DNA of 64,000 nucleotides from Lama guanicoe (lineage: Eukaryota): assembly GCA_013239625.1 (NCBI GenBank), contig MU053216.1, positions 1,514,943 to 1,578,942 of the forward strand, read 5' to 3'. Position 1 is the first letter of the stretch. Each line of letters starts with the position of its first letter. The translations under genes were made by a program, and so were the position numbers. Shown in pieces: positions 26,200 through 38,379 of this stretch. The notes under the pieces are model-generated. The model was given only the letters and a program-made list of their open reading frames with translations, ran no database searches and was not told the DNA's origin.

Positions 26200-27260
26200 G
26201 ACTAAACCGGCGGGGAGACACCGCTCAGGTCATCGGTAGCTGAGGAAGGAGCAGGGGCAGAGCGGGAGGTGCGTCAGCCACGCTCCGCGCCGATCGTGTC
26301 GCGGAGTCACGGGCCGCGGCTTATCAGCCTGCTTTCACAGGTGCGTATCTGTCCAGCACGTCACTTCGTACGCATCGAGCATCACATTGACAGCGTGTAA
26401 GTCATCCAGCGCCGGTCCCCGCTTCCGCTCCTGCACCTTCTCCCCATCGCGTCCCCACTGCCAGCGGCCCGGGGCCCGGACCCCCGGGGGCCCAGGACGG
26501 GATCGCCGGCCTTTCCTCTCGGCGCCGGGGCGCCGAGCACGCACAGGAAACCTGCCCCGCCGATGCCACACTGACTCCCGCCAGGTGTGCGTACATCAGG
26601 GTTTCGGGCCGGCCTCCGCTCTCCGCGCCCCGCCCGGCTCCCCGCCCGGCTCCCCGATGAGGCCCCTCCCAAAACCCGGAGAAGTGGATTCTGCGCTCCG
26701 CACCGCCCCCAAGCTGCAGGGCGGCCGCGCGGCCCGGGCGTACCGGCCGGAAGTGCCTGAAGGGTGGGCCGGCCCTGAGCCGGAGCGGAAGCGGCCGCCA
26801 TCTGCGCGGGTGAGCGTGCACCCGGCCCCGCGGCTCGGGCCTGCCTTGCGTCCTGCTCCTCTCGCGAGGGACCCGGCCGCCCGGCCGCGGTGGCGGCACG
26901 GGCCCTGGGCAGACCCGCCCCTCGCGGGCGCCCCCTCCGGCCTCCGGGCCAGCCCGCCCTACCCACCGCCTGGCAGCGCCGTGACGTCACGCGCCGCTGC
27001 GTGCGGAGCCGGGCGGTGACGCCCAGGGGTGGCGTCGGGAGGAGCGCGGCGACGCGCGGGGTTGACGTCGGGGTAAGCAGGGCAACGCCCAGCGGTGACG
27101 TCGTGGGGGAGGGCAGGAGGGGGCGCCGGCGGGAACCTGAGCCGAGCCCGTCCCGCCCCGCCCCGCCCCGTGCCGCCCCGGTTCCGCCGTAAGGACCCGT
27201 GTCCCGAGCTGTGCGGCTCGCGTGCTGCCGCCCCTCCCCCACCCCGCCCCTGACCTTTCC
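26200..27260 (+). promoter_or_regulatory. DDX59: DDX59 CpG-island promoter and non-coding first exon(s)
   Basis: Very CpG-dense; ETS CCGGAAGTG 26747-26755, YY1-like GCCGCCATCT about 26793-26803, palindromic CRE GTGACGTCAC 26981-26990, GC boxes; candidate donors gtgagc 26810, gtaagc 27073, gtaagg 27189. Confidence 0.8.
27015..27113. repeat. Degenerate 33-bp tandem repeat x3 with CRE-like motifs
   Basis: Units start at 27015, 27048 and 27081: ggtgacgcccaggggtggcgtcg..., ggcgacgcgcggggttgacgtcg..., ggcaacgcccagcggtgacgtcg... Confidence 0.7.
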
Positions 27261-28078
27261 GGAGACCTAAGGTGGTGACTCTACACCCTCACATTTTTGG
27301 GGGGGATTTTTTTTCTGAAAAACGGACTCTGACGATCTATCCTAAGAAATTTTTTTGAGAAAAATGCTTATTAGTGTATTTGGCAGGCCTCAAATTAGGT
27401 TAAACACCTGTTTCCCAATTACCATCGTTTACGAAAGCCTGTTTTCGGTGTGAATGGAAAGAGCTGTGGTTGCGAGGCCTCCCTGGAGCTGGGGCGCCAG
27501 TTCCGTCCAGTCACTTGGCCTCCAGGTGCAGAGTCCTCCCGAGAACTGAGCCCGCCGTGTGACGCCCAGTAACATAAGCGGACCGCGCGCGCATGTCTGT
27601 CTGGGTGTCTGTGTGCGTCTGTATCTGTGCATCTGTGTGTGTGTCTGAGGGGGGAGGCTGACAGGCTGTGCAGGCTGGTGCATGCAAGTTCCCCTGCGAG
27701 GTGTTCAGCCGGTGCCAGCAGCGCAGTCACCACCTGTAGGTGTTACTGTTTGATTGATTGTGATTGATTGATTTGTGAACATGTACGAGAAGGGTTTACG
27801 CAGAGTTTGGGTGATGTCTGGTATTCCAGAGCGCAGTCAGTCTCAACAAGCAGAGGTGAGCCGTGTGCAGGCGGGTGCAGTGTCCCATAGTCGTGCCTAT
27901 GAGGAAGGGGCCTCCGTTCCCGAGGGCAGTGGTGGGTGAGTGAGCGCAGCTTTCTCTGTGCCTTTGAGGCAAAGCCCAGGTCACCCAACTCCACGGCACC
28001 CCCAGGGTACTTCATTCGTGAACTCTATGGAGGATAAAATAAAGCTCATATATAATTTCCTCCGCAGAGTATTGAAGG

Positions 28079-28903
28079 ATGTTTGTTCCAAGATCCCTGA
28101 AAGTCAGGAGGAACGCTAATGATGACGGCAGAAGTTGCGCAGCCAAGAAAATTAAAGCCGAAGCCGAAGCCGCAGCCGCAGCCGCAGCCGCTGGACTGGA
28201 TGCAGGCGGAGATGGTCCGGCCGACGCCCCAGGCACCGAAGGGGCCGCACTGCCAGCCTCTCAGGGCCCGGAGCCGGGCCCTCTCCCGGGCCCCGCGGGC
28301 CTGGCGGCCGATGTGGCTTTGGCCGGACCTGAACGGGGTGCGAGGGACAGCGATCTCCCCGAGGAGCCCGTGAAGTCCTTCTCCAAAACCCAGCGCTGGG
28401 CGCAGCCGGGGGAGCCGGTGTGCGTCGTGTGCGGCCGGTTCGGAGAGTACGTCTGCGACACGACGGACGAGGATGTGTGTAGCCTGGAGTGTAAGGCCAG
28501 GCACCTGCTGCAGGTTGAGGGGCGGGCAGGGCAGGGGGAGCCCAGCGGTCCGCAGGAAGCGGGTTCTGAGCCGGCGGCTCCGCGTCCGGCCGCTTACGTC
28601 TACACCGAGCACGCCTTCATCTCCAGTCTCCGGGAGGACCAGATTGAAAACCTTCGAGGGCAGCTGGGAATCGTAGTTCAAGGGCAAGGCGTCGCCAGGC
28701 CCGTGGTTGACTTCGAGCATTGCGGCTTCCCCGAGGCCTTGAACCACAACTTGAAGGCCTCAGGCTACGAGGTCCCCACGCCCATCCAGATGCAGATGAT
28801 TCCCGTGGGACTTCTGGGCCGAGATGTCCTGGCCAGCGCCGACACCGGCTCCGGGAAGACGGCTGCCTTCCTTCTTCCTGTGATCCTCCGAGCTCTATTC
28901 CAG
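28079..28903 (+). CDS. DDX59: DDX59 coding exon 1 (N-terminus, zf-HIT, Q motif, Walker A)
   Basis: Acceptor ccgcag ends 28067; MFVPRSLK start; [25 protein letters not shown] zinc finger; [17 protein letters not shown]; donor CAG|gtgagt. Confidence 0.97.
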
Positions 28904-30021
28904 GTGAGTCAGAGCTCCGTGTGCCATGATGGGGAAGAAGTGATGTATTTCCCGCGTCATCCTCGCTGTGTCCGAATTGCAAACTGAAGCTGCATACTTG
29001 GACCTGTAGTCACTAGTGCTGCTAGTAATTTTGCTTCTGATGGTAGTTTGTACGAAAATACATGATTTTAGAGAATTTTTTTATTGTATTGAACTAATGT
29101 CTTCATTGATGGCTTAAAGATAGCTTTCTTTAGAAAATATTTTTCTTTTTAAAGAAAAATTTATTTTCTATTCAAAGAGCAGGCTTTGGCTTTGGGGGGA
29201 TCCCACTGACCAGATGAGTTGTGGTTTTTGTGTCAGTTTAGCCTCCTTTGCATTTGTGTTTTGAAAAACCTGATACTGAAGTTGGAACACTATTGTAGAG
29301 TTTGAAAATAAACCACTAAATGTGATCAGTAGTTCATCCTAAATTGATGCTGCCTTGCCTTACTTGTTGGTTTAAGGTGTATAAAGCACTCCCACACGTA
29401 ATTAGCTTAGAGGACATCTTGAGCAGTTGTTTGCCAAGGACTAGTGAGTTTGTGAGGAAGGAGTGACAAATGTAGGCAAAGGAGAAGAGATAAAGGAGCA
29501 AATTTTAGAAAACTGAAGAGTAGCAGAAAATAACATGATTTTTAAAAAAAGAAAACACTAGATGTTGGAGGTGAAACTCGATGGAAGCCCGGAACCGCGC
29601 AGGACAGGAAACAGAGCGTTTATGCACGTGAGGTCTTTGGAGCAAGAAATGAGTGGCTACAAGAACGCGTAGGGGAAATCGCGGGTAGAATTAAGGCTTC
29701 AGCCCGGTTTCCGTGGCCACGGGCGTTTCTCTTCCCAGGAGGGTGGCTCAAGGTCACAGAGTCTAGCTGACGCGAAGCCAGACCTCGGCTTTCCCTCCCT
29801 GATCGTTGCAGACGCCTCTCCCTGGCCCAGTTTTGATCTTTCACTGTGTATCTGCGTTATTTAAGAGCAGGGTGCAACTCGGATGTTTCTGGAGAAGAAC
29901 TGCAGTGAGCAGAGGGCGAGAGGGCTGGTGGGACCGCTTTGAGAGGGAAGGGCTCCTGGAGCTGCTCGGAGGTTGGTCCACCACTGCCCGCACTGATGGC
30001 GGTGTTTTCCTGTCTTTGCAG

Positions 30022-30189
30022 AGCCGGGCCCCGTCCGCACTGGTCCTCACCCCCACGAGGGAGCTCGCCATCCAGATTGAGCGCCAGGCCAAGGAGCTGA
30101 TGCGCGGGCTGCCGGGCATGAGGACCGCGCTGCTCGTGGGGGGCTTGCCCGCCCCGCCTCAGCGCCATCGCCTGCGCCAGCGCGTCCAG
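30022..30189 (+). CDS. DDX59: DDX59 coding exon 2 (motif Ia PTRELA)
   Basis: ttgcag|AGC...CAG|gtgggc; 168 nt; [26 protein letters not shown]. Confidence 0.96.
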
Positions 30190-30340
30190 GTGGGCTCCCT
30201 TTGATGGAATGTCCCTGAAGGGCGTCGCGAGCAACGTAGGAGCTAAGGCTTTCCCTTGAGGAGTTGGAGTGTGATTTTAGATAGCCTTTAGATTCTTTTT
30301 TTTTAAATTTTTTAAAATTAAGTTTATTTTACTTTTGTCA

Positions 30341-30452
30341 GGGGTGGTAGTTAGGTTTACTTATTTATTTTTAGAGGAGGTACCGGGGATTGAACCCAGG
30401 ACCTTGTGTGTGCTGAGCATGCGCTCTACCGCTGCGCTGTACCATGCCCCCA
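30341..30452 (-). mobile_element. tRNA-Ala-derived SINE (Vic-1-like)
   Basis: taggtttacttattt...gaggaggtaccggggattgaacccaggacc. Confidence 0.9.
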
Positions 30453-32769
30453 CCCTAAGATTCTTGGAGTTTGTTTCCTCTGGGAGGAAAGGAGCACGCT
30501 TTATGGAGTGCCTCCTGTTCGCCAGGGGCTGCGGGAGCACCCACCGGCTGCTGTGTCTGAGGACCACGGCTGATACACTTCAGCGTGTGATTCCCACAAA
30601 GCAGGACGTCACCCTTCATGATCACAGTCCAGTTCCCGATGCTGGCGTTGCCGTCACCGCTGTGGACCCTTAGGTCTTGCTCATTGTCCCCTCAGTGTCT
30701 TTCCTGGCAGCAGACTAGAGTTCAGAGCTATTCATTGAGTGTAGCTGCCCTGTCCCTCTTGTCATCGTCAAATGATCTTTCCTTTTTTCTCGTGGTCTTC
30801 GCCCTTTTGAGGACTATAAGCCACTTACTGAGGGACGTCCCTCAGCGGATCGGATTCCCGTCTCTGACGGGAACATCACGGGGGGCCGCTTTGTTCTTTC
30901 CACTACATCCTTTCAGTTTGGCCTTTCACTGCTGAGTAAGTGTAAAAGTTATTTTTGCCCTTTGTATTGAGCAGGCATTTTGGGGGAGGTACTTCAGGTT
31001 GTGACTTTACCGAGCGTCACCAAACTTCCTCCCTAGTGTCTGCATCAGCACAGACACATGGCTCCCTGTTGTATTTAAAGGGTCGTAATCTGACCAGCGG
31101 AAGTACCTTCAGGTCCGTTTCTGTGTCCTTTTGTCCTAGCCCTGTCCTTCTAGTACCTCTTACTTCCCTGCTAAGGGAGGTCCGGCGTTTACTGCGCTCT
31201 TTCCCCGCCTCAGGCTGGGGCTCTTCCTCCCAGAGCCAGGCCGGTGCTGTCTGTCCAGAGCAGCATTCAGAACCGAGACCCGGCGTCTCCCTGGGCTCGT
31301 TGCTGCTGAGCTGTGACCGCTTCCAGGGCCTCAGTGAAGAGAGGCAGGCGTCTAAGCGGGTGTATTTCTGTGTCTGCGTTTGTCCGAGTCCGCGTGTTCA
31401 CGCTGATCCTCCAGTTCTGATTCATCCCCAGATTCGTGTCCGGCTTTCTGTTTTAGCTCTGGCAGTGAGGAGCCTGCTGCCCATTGTCCTGTACGTAGCT
31501 GTTTATTTGCCCAGCCCCCCTGGGTGCCACCACTGTCCCTCCCCCACGGCGAGGCCTTCCTCCCTGGACCCCACCCTGCACACCTGCCAACCCCCACCGC
31601 CCTGCTTTGAATCCCCTCCCAGTGCCCGGCCTCACAGACACCCACCCTCTGGGGAAAAAGTAACAGCCGTCTGCCTGCTCAGCAGAGCTGTCTTCCAAGA
31701 GTGAGGGCAAAACAAAGACCCACTCAGATGAACAAAACTGGGAGTTTATTGCCAGTGGACCATCTAAAGGAACTTCCAGAGCAGGCTGTTCTGCAGATGA
31801 AGAAGATTCTAGAGGGGAAGGTGGGGGTGGGAGGAAGCTGTGCACCAGGACAACATGGGGCACGGGGCACAGCCAGACAGGGGCGGCCTGAGCGAACGGT
31901 GACAGGAACACAGTAGATACCGGCCAGCAGGAGCACGGGAGTGCGGGAGAGGTGGGGTCGCCTTACAGCGTTGCCCTCGATGGTTAAGAACAAGGGAAAA
32001 GTGTCCACTAACTTTATATTAGGTTATATTTTTGTTGAAATTCAAGAGAAAGCACTGAAAGAATGAAAAAATAAGTTTATACCTTCCAGGCCATCAGAGG
32101 GGAAAATGGAAGAGAAGGAGGAACTCAATTCAGTCATGGAAGTTGATGTACTGTTTGTGGGTGTCTGAGGTCCTGGGGACAGACCCCTAGCCCGGACGTG
32201 TCATCACCGCAGCCATCTCACCATCACGCTGGTGTGTGCCTGGAAAGGGGGTGCAGCTGAACGCGTTAGATGGTTTGTAACTCTGCCAGGTCACCCCAGG
32301 CACGGCCTCGCTTAGCCTCATCGCTGTTATGATCCTTCCACTTTGTGAGGACAGAACAGACACCGTTATTAAATGCAGGCGCCAACATCCCTGCTGAAGT
32401 TCGTTGGACTCGAGAGCCCCTACTTTTAACCACAATGACTATATTAGAAAATTGTTAAGAGCCTTAATCAGCCTTAGAAGTCATTGTGCCCAGGCTCTTA
32501 ATTTAAAAATGAAGCAGCAGACGGAGAGAGGTTGAGGAATTTGCACTTGTTCACGGAGCCAGATAGTGGTCAGCATGCTCAGAAGGCCCTCCTGGTCTGG
32601 CCCCAGCCTCGTCCCCAGGCCTCGGCCTGTGCCATTCCCTGCAGCCCGCCCCCCACCCCAGTCTCCCGGCCCCCCAGCCTCACCACCCTGCCTCACCTTC
32701 CCGGGTGCCCTCCCTTCCCAGGACCCTGCCTCGCTCGCCCCCACTGCTCCTTCGGGTGTTGGCTTATGT

Positions 32770-32965
32770 CTTAGCAGGACTGGGCAGACCCCCCGTCCTG
32801 GTCCCTGGGCTCGCACTGTTGTGCTCCTTCCGTGTGTCATGACTTTCATGAGAGCAGAGACAAAGCCTGACTTACTCATCGTTGAGTCCAAGTACTTAAC
32901 ACAGTATCTGGCAAATAGCCTCTCAAGTAAGTACAGAATGAATAAGTGAATGAAGGAATGAATAT
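32770..32965. mobile_element. L2 3' end
   Basis: cacagtatctggcaaatagcctctcaagtaagt followed by a (tgaa)n tail. Confidence 0.55.
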
Positions 32966-33003
32966 TATCTAATTTTCTAATTTGCTTTTTCTCTTTTATT
33001 CAG

Positions 33004-33093
33004 GTTATCATAGCAACTCCCGGGCGACTTCTGGATATAATAAAGCAGAGCTCTGTGGAACTTGGCAGTGTGAAGATCGTAGTGGTAGATGAA
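33004..33093 (+). CDS. DDX59: DDX59 coding exon 3 (motif Ib TPGR, first half of DEAD)
   Basis: attcag|GTT...GAA|gtaagt; 90 nt; [30 protein letters not shown]. Confidence 0.96.
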
Positions 33094-34262
33094 GTAAGTA
33101 GTGGTGTTTAAAAATGTAATTTTATGTAATTCAGGAAAAGCGTTCATAGTTATATAATTGCATTGTGTATTCAGGCATTTTCTCCCCAAAAGGAAAACAA
33201 CGCGGGGATTTTTTTTTAATTGGCAGTGGTGGTTCCTAAGCTGGTTCCAGTGTAACAGCGCAGCAGAACCCGGGTACAGGGCACTTAATTTACAGCGGGG
33301 CTGTCTTTTACTAATTGATGGAAAACGTAAATTCAGCAGGTGTACTGTATTCTCAGTGATAAGTTTTTCAAACATGCTGCCTGTCGTTTGTCTGCAAAAA
33401 AAAAAGCATCGGTGGCAGATGGCTGTGAGCAGGAATTTGGGAAGTAGTTAACGACGTGTAGCCTGATGACTTGTTTTTCTGTGTGGACACCGGTGTCTGT
33501 GGTTGTGACTTTTCTGTGTCACATAGAGCAAGCAGGCACTTTTATACTTTGGGCATGCTTGATAGGAAGTGCATGTGTTATTATCTGATGACACTCCACC
33601 CCGTGGACGAGCATGAGGACACAGAGCCACGTGTCGGCCGTCCTGCCTGCACACGCGACCTGCTGGCAGTGACGTGGCAGACGCCTGGTGTTACCCAGCA
33701 CCCAGGAACCTGGGCGCCAGGTGCTGACCGCTGATGGCAGCCAGGCCTCCTTCCGTGACCCCAGTAAGTCGCAGTGGGATGCCAGAGGGTGCGGAGGAAG
33801 ACCCCCAAGAGGGGGCTTTGAGCCTCTACCTCACCTGCTGTGAGACCTTGGGCCGGTCATTTCGTGGCAAGGATGAAGTCATGACTGTGAAGACGTCTCA
33901 GACTGCAAAGTCCCCTATAAATGTAGAATAATATTACTCAGTCCTTTAAATAGTGCTGCTAAGTCTGTTTTCCTGGCCTGGCCGTCAGTGGACCCGCTCA
34001 CCCCGGGTTATCATCACTGCACCCCTGACTGTGTGACGGGGCTTCCCTTTGTCGACAAGCCCGTGTCCTCGAGGTCTCCCTTCTCAGGAGCCTGGGGATG
34101 GCCCTTGGACAGACTTGGCTCACACCCGCCTCTCTCTGCAGTATTTTCATGTGTAAATTTGTAGAGATATATATTTTACCAGCTAATCTTTTGTCTTTTG
34201 ATGTTGTGGTATGTTTTTCTGTGTAAAGAGTTTTTGATTTTTTATGGTTTTTTTGTTATTGT

Positions 34263-34381
34263 TGGGGTGAGGGAATCAGGTTAATTTATTTATTTAGTAT
34301 TTTGTAACAGAGGTGCTGGGGCCTGAACCCAGGACCTGGTATGTGCTAAGCACACGCTCCACCACTGAGCGGTGCCCTCCC
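34263..34381 (-). mobile_element. tRNA-Ala-derived SINE (Vic-1-like)
   Basis: gaggtgctggggcctgaacccaggacctgg...gctaagcacacgctcccaccactgagc. Confidence 0.85.
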
Positions 34382-34482
34382 GTCGCCTGATTATTTTATG
34401 TTCTTAACTGTATCAGCCTTTTCTTGGGTGGCTCTGGGTCTTCACGACTAGCGGGACTAACTTGAAAATGGTTTTATTTCAG

Positions 34483-34734
34483 GCCGATACCATGTTAAAG
34501 ATGGGCTTCCAGCAGCAAGTGTTTGACATCTTGGAAAACGTTCCTCATGACTGTCAGACCGTCCTGGTGTCGGCTACGATTCCCGCTAGCATCGAGCAGC
34601 TGGCTGGCCAGCTTCTGCATGACCCCGTGAGAATTGTCGCTGGGGAGAAGAACCTGCCCTGCGCCAGCGTGCGCCAGATTGTTCTGTGGGTGGAAGACCC
34701 CGCCAAAAAGAAGAAACTGTTCGAAATCTTAAAC
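34483..34734 (+). CDS. DDX59: DDX59 coding exon 4 (AD of DEAD, motif III SAT)
   Basis: tttcag|GCC...AAC|gtgagt; 252 nt; ADTMLKMGF...VSATIP...FEILN. Confidence 0.96.
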
Positions 34735-35319
34735 GTGAGTGGTGGCGTGGCCAGCCCTGCTCTGTCGATCGGGTTTGCAAGTCCCTCGTCCTTGAGAGAG
34801 TGTCTGTTAGCTGCAGCTTCGGGGGAGCTGGTGTCGGTATTTGATAATAAACTGCTTTCCTCACTTCAGAATTCTCTAGGGTCCAAACAAATTCTTACTT
34901 GTGAAAACGCGGTGTAGACGCAGGGTTGTTTTCTTTTTCCTTATTATAGAAAGGCATTTAAATATTAAGATTATTGCTGAAGAATTTTTTTGTTTCAAAA
35001 GTTTTTAGTAGCTTTATGGATAAGGTAAAGACAAATTCCTTGCTGTTTGTGCCTCTGTCCTTGAGAAATAGGGCTTTTTAACACCAACTGGCTTAAGCAG
35101 AAAATTTTCAAGTCAATAGTATGTACATGCAAAGTTACTTAAAAATACAGTATTAAGTTAAATATAGTTTGTATTGACTTATGAACAGTATTAGAAATTA
35201 TAAATTGCACTTGAAGTTTTAGAATTGTTTTTGCAAGATTAATGATGTGGCGGAGAAACATGGAGGGCTGTCCAGCATTTGGCTTCTCTCTGTGCATATT
35301 TTTTTTCTTGGTGTGTATT

Positions 35320-35475
35320 TTTATTGAAGTTTACAATGTGTCAGTTTCTGGTGTACAGCACAGTGCTTCAGTCATTCACAACATACATGTATTTGTTTTC
35401 ATTTTCTTTTTCACCGTAAGTTACTACGAGATACTGGATGTAGTTCCCTGTGCTGTGCTGTATAAACTTGTTGTT
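35320..35475 (-). mobile_element. L1 3' end fragment
   Basis: Similar to 4196-4430 (tttctggtgtacagcaca, ttttcaccgtaagttactacgagatactg). Confidence 0.7.
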
Positions 35476-35792
35476 CATTGGATTTTGCGAGAATTCTCCT
35501 GTATTTCGAAGTGAGAGACTGTCTGCCGGAGCTCAGTGGGCTTCGTGCGGGCCTGTGGGTTTGTGGGTGTAAGTCTCGGTGTGTTTGTGGGAGGAGGGGA
35601 GCTGTGAGACTGTCCTCCGCCTTCTTGGCACCTCCCCACTGTGTGTGCATTTTAACAGAAGCTGCCTTTTTCCCTTCTGAACACTATTGATAAACCTCTT
35701 GATAAGTGGCTTATACCAATGCTTCCAGAAAAACATCCCGTTATAAATCATGTTGTGTGAATCGTTTCAAATACATGTTTTTAATTTTTCAG

Positions 35793-35945
35793 GATAAGAA
35801 GCTCTTCAGGCCTCCAGTGCTGGTGTTTGTGGACTGCAAGCTGGGAGCAGATCTGCTGAGCGAGGCAGTTGAGAAAATCACAGGCCTAAGAAGCACGTCT
35901 GTGCACTCGGAGAAGTCACAGACCGAAAGGAGACACGTGCTGAAG
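35793..35945 (+). CDS. DDX59: DDX59 coding exon 5 (motif IV VLVFV)
   Basis: tttcag|GAT...AAG|gtctga; 153 nt; [22 protein letters not shown]. Confidence 0.95.
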
Positions 35946-36433
35946 GTCTGACACGGCATTCTGCTCGCTTCTCTTTGCTGTGAATCTGTTTTGCCTCGTT
36001 TTCAGGAATCACTGTGTTGCCAGCTGTTTTAAGGCAGCCCCTTCTCAGTGGCCGCGAGGACGCCAGGCGAGCAGTGACTGCGGTCTCTCGCTCCTCCTGC
36101 TCAGGCTGCTGTGTTTTGGGGGCAAGAACAGTGCTCCTAGGGGTCATCCACTACATTGCTGAGTGATTCCCAAGCCGTCGTTTCTGGAATTAGGTCACTC
36201 TGGGCTGGGGCAGAGCAGTAGCTCACCTTTGGAAAAGGTTAATAAATTAATAGCAAACGTTCTTGGCGGGGGCGAGGGGGTGAAGTCAGAAGGAAGTTAA
36301 GTGCCATGCGTTTCTCAGGTGTACTGAGCCCTTCACTTCCTGCAGATAAGGTGCAGCGGCAGGACGGAGGAAGGTGTGGAGAAGGAAAGGGTAATCTAGT
36401 TACATAAAACCACGTAAGAGAAACCCTGAGTAA

Positions 36434-36685
<252 letters not shown>

Positions 36686-38379
36686 TAGAAGTTTATGTAT
36701 TTTTGCTTCTAAAATATATACATATATAAACTAAATTACATTTTTCAAAACTGTATGGATGCCCGGACTGCATTACAAATTAGTTGGAAATAATAACCTA
36801 AAATGTTTTTAAAAATGTAAGTAGTTCGTTTTTGGCTTAGTTTTATTTTCTTTATATTTTCTGTTTTCCTTAATGAGCGTATCAGATGGCTTTTGTAGTC
36901 AAAAGAAGGGGGCTTTGTTAAAAAGGCTCCTAAGCTGCGGCCTCTGGCCAAAGTAAAACCGATCCGTTGAAGTAGCTGTGTCTTAGGAGTCGAGTCTTAC
37001 CTCGCTCCGTATCCTTATTTGCTCTTTCACCTTGTAAAGTTCCTGTGCTGCCGGAGATCGCAGTGGCTCCGCTTCCTGGCAGGACAGAGCCCGCCCTCGA
37101 GCCGCGTTATCTCACTGACCGCCGGCCGCCCGGCTCCTCCTCCGGCGTCGCTTACAGACACTTGAAGTGAAGCCTCCTCTGAGGTCCTTACAGCCACTCT
37201 GGGTGTCCCATCTCCTGGGGTCACCCCTGAAACGCAGCTGGCACCTGGCTGCACTGTGGCTTTGTTTTACTGAGACTCACTCTAGCAGGCGGCCCCCTCT
37301 CTTTTCTTTCTCTCACTTACCTGTGCGTCGGGGATTTGAGTATTCCACAGGACTTGATTGTTCCAGTAACCGAAGCTGATTTTCTTTCGAACCTTCAATG
37401 TAATAATTCTGGATGGAAATCTTTCTAAAATACTAAAATACTGAAGAAGCATCTTTACACCTTGGAGCGTGCTGGTTACAGTTACTTGGCCATTTCTTGC
37501 TGTCGCAGGGTCGGGCCTGGGCTGGGCGGTGACCCACAGGCCCGTGCCGTGACACACAGTGGCCTGGGGGGTGTTGGCACTTGTAGGGCTTCTTGCCTCT
37601 GCTCAGAGTGGCTCCGGCCTTCTGCTCTTCTAGTTCTGTCTTTGGGTGTTTTTTGTTTTAATAATTGAAGTACACACACATAGTAACAAGCCATGCCAAT
37701 AACAGAAGACACAAAACGGAGTCAGTCTGCACGACGGCCCTCCTGCCTGCGAGTGGCCCCACAGGTAACACAGCAGAGGCCGTAAGCGCACGTGTGTGTG
37801 CACAGACACCCAGGTGACGTGCACACCCTGTCGCACTTCCCACGTAAATGGGACCACGTTACCCCACAGTTCTGGGCGTCTGTGTCTCTGAGACGTCTTT
37901 CCTTCTCAGCGCACACACCAGGTCCCACTTAATCAGTGTTAACATGAGTTGAGTCTGGGCCAGGCTGGTTCTGAGCTCTTGTGTCTTCATTGTTGGTTCC
38001 GGCTTGTTCTGTTACGGTGGCTCCATGCTGTGTGTTGTGTGGATGCGCTTGATTTATGTAACAAATCCTTTACTGCCAGACAGTCATGTTCCCGCCGTAT
38101 TGCTACCGCGCAGCGCTGCGGTGACACGCACGCACGCAGCCCCGGCGCCTCTCCTGCAGGCGTGTCTGTGGGAGGTTTCTGGTGGGGAAGCCGCTGGGTC
38201 AGATGGCATGGGTATTTAAAATTATAGTACGTGTTCCCACGAGTCTGCTCGTTAATTTTAGGGGTGGCACGCTTCTGGGGACATGATTTTATATTGTTGA
38301 CATAGCTGAGAAGTCTTTCCAAATCTGGAGACTACCGCGGTGGTTTTTTCCGGAGCTTTGTATCTCGGTGTGAAATGTC

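Noticed and set aside
26382..27242. Long ORFs (286, 210, 165 aa) in the DDX59 CpG island
   Set aside because: Low-complexity Arg/Gly/Pro/Ala translations in several frames, as expected from stop-codon scarcity in GC-rich DNA.
28046..28747. 233-aa minus-strand ORF
   Set aside because: Antisense shadow of the GC-rich DDX59 exon; no recognisable domain.
30955..31704. 249-aa intronic ORF
   Set aside because: Non-ATG start, no domain, overlaps degraded repeat-like sequence.
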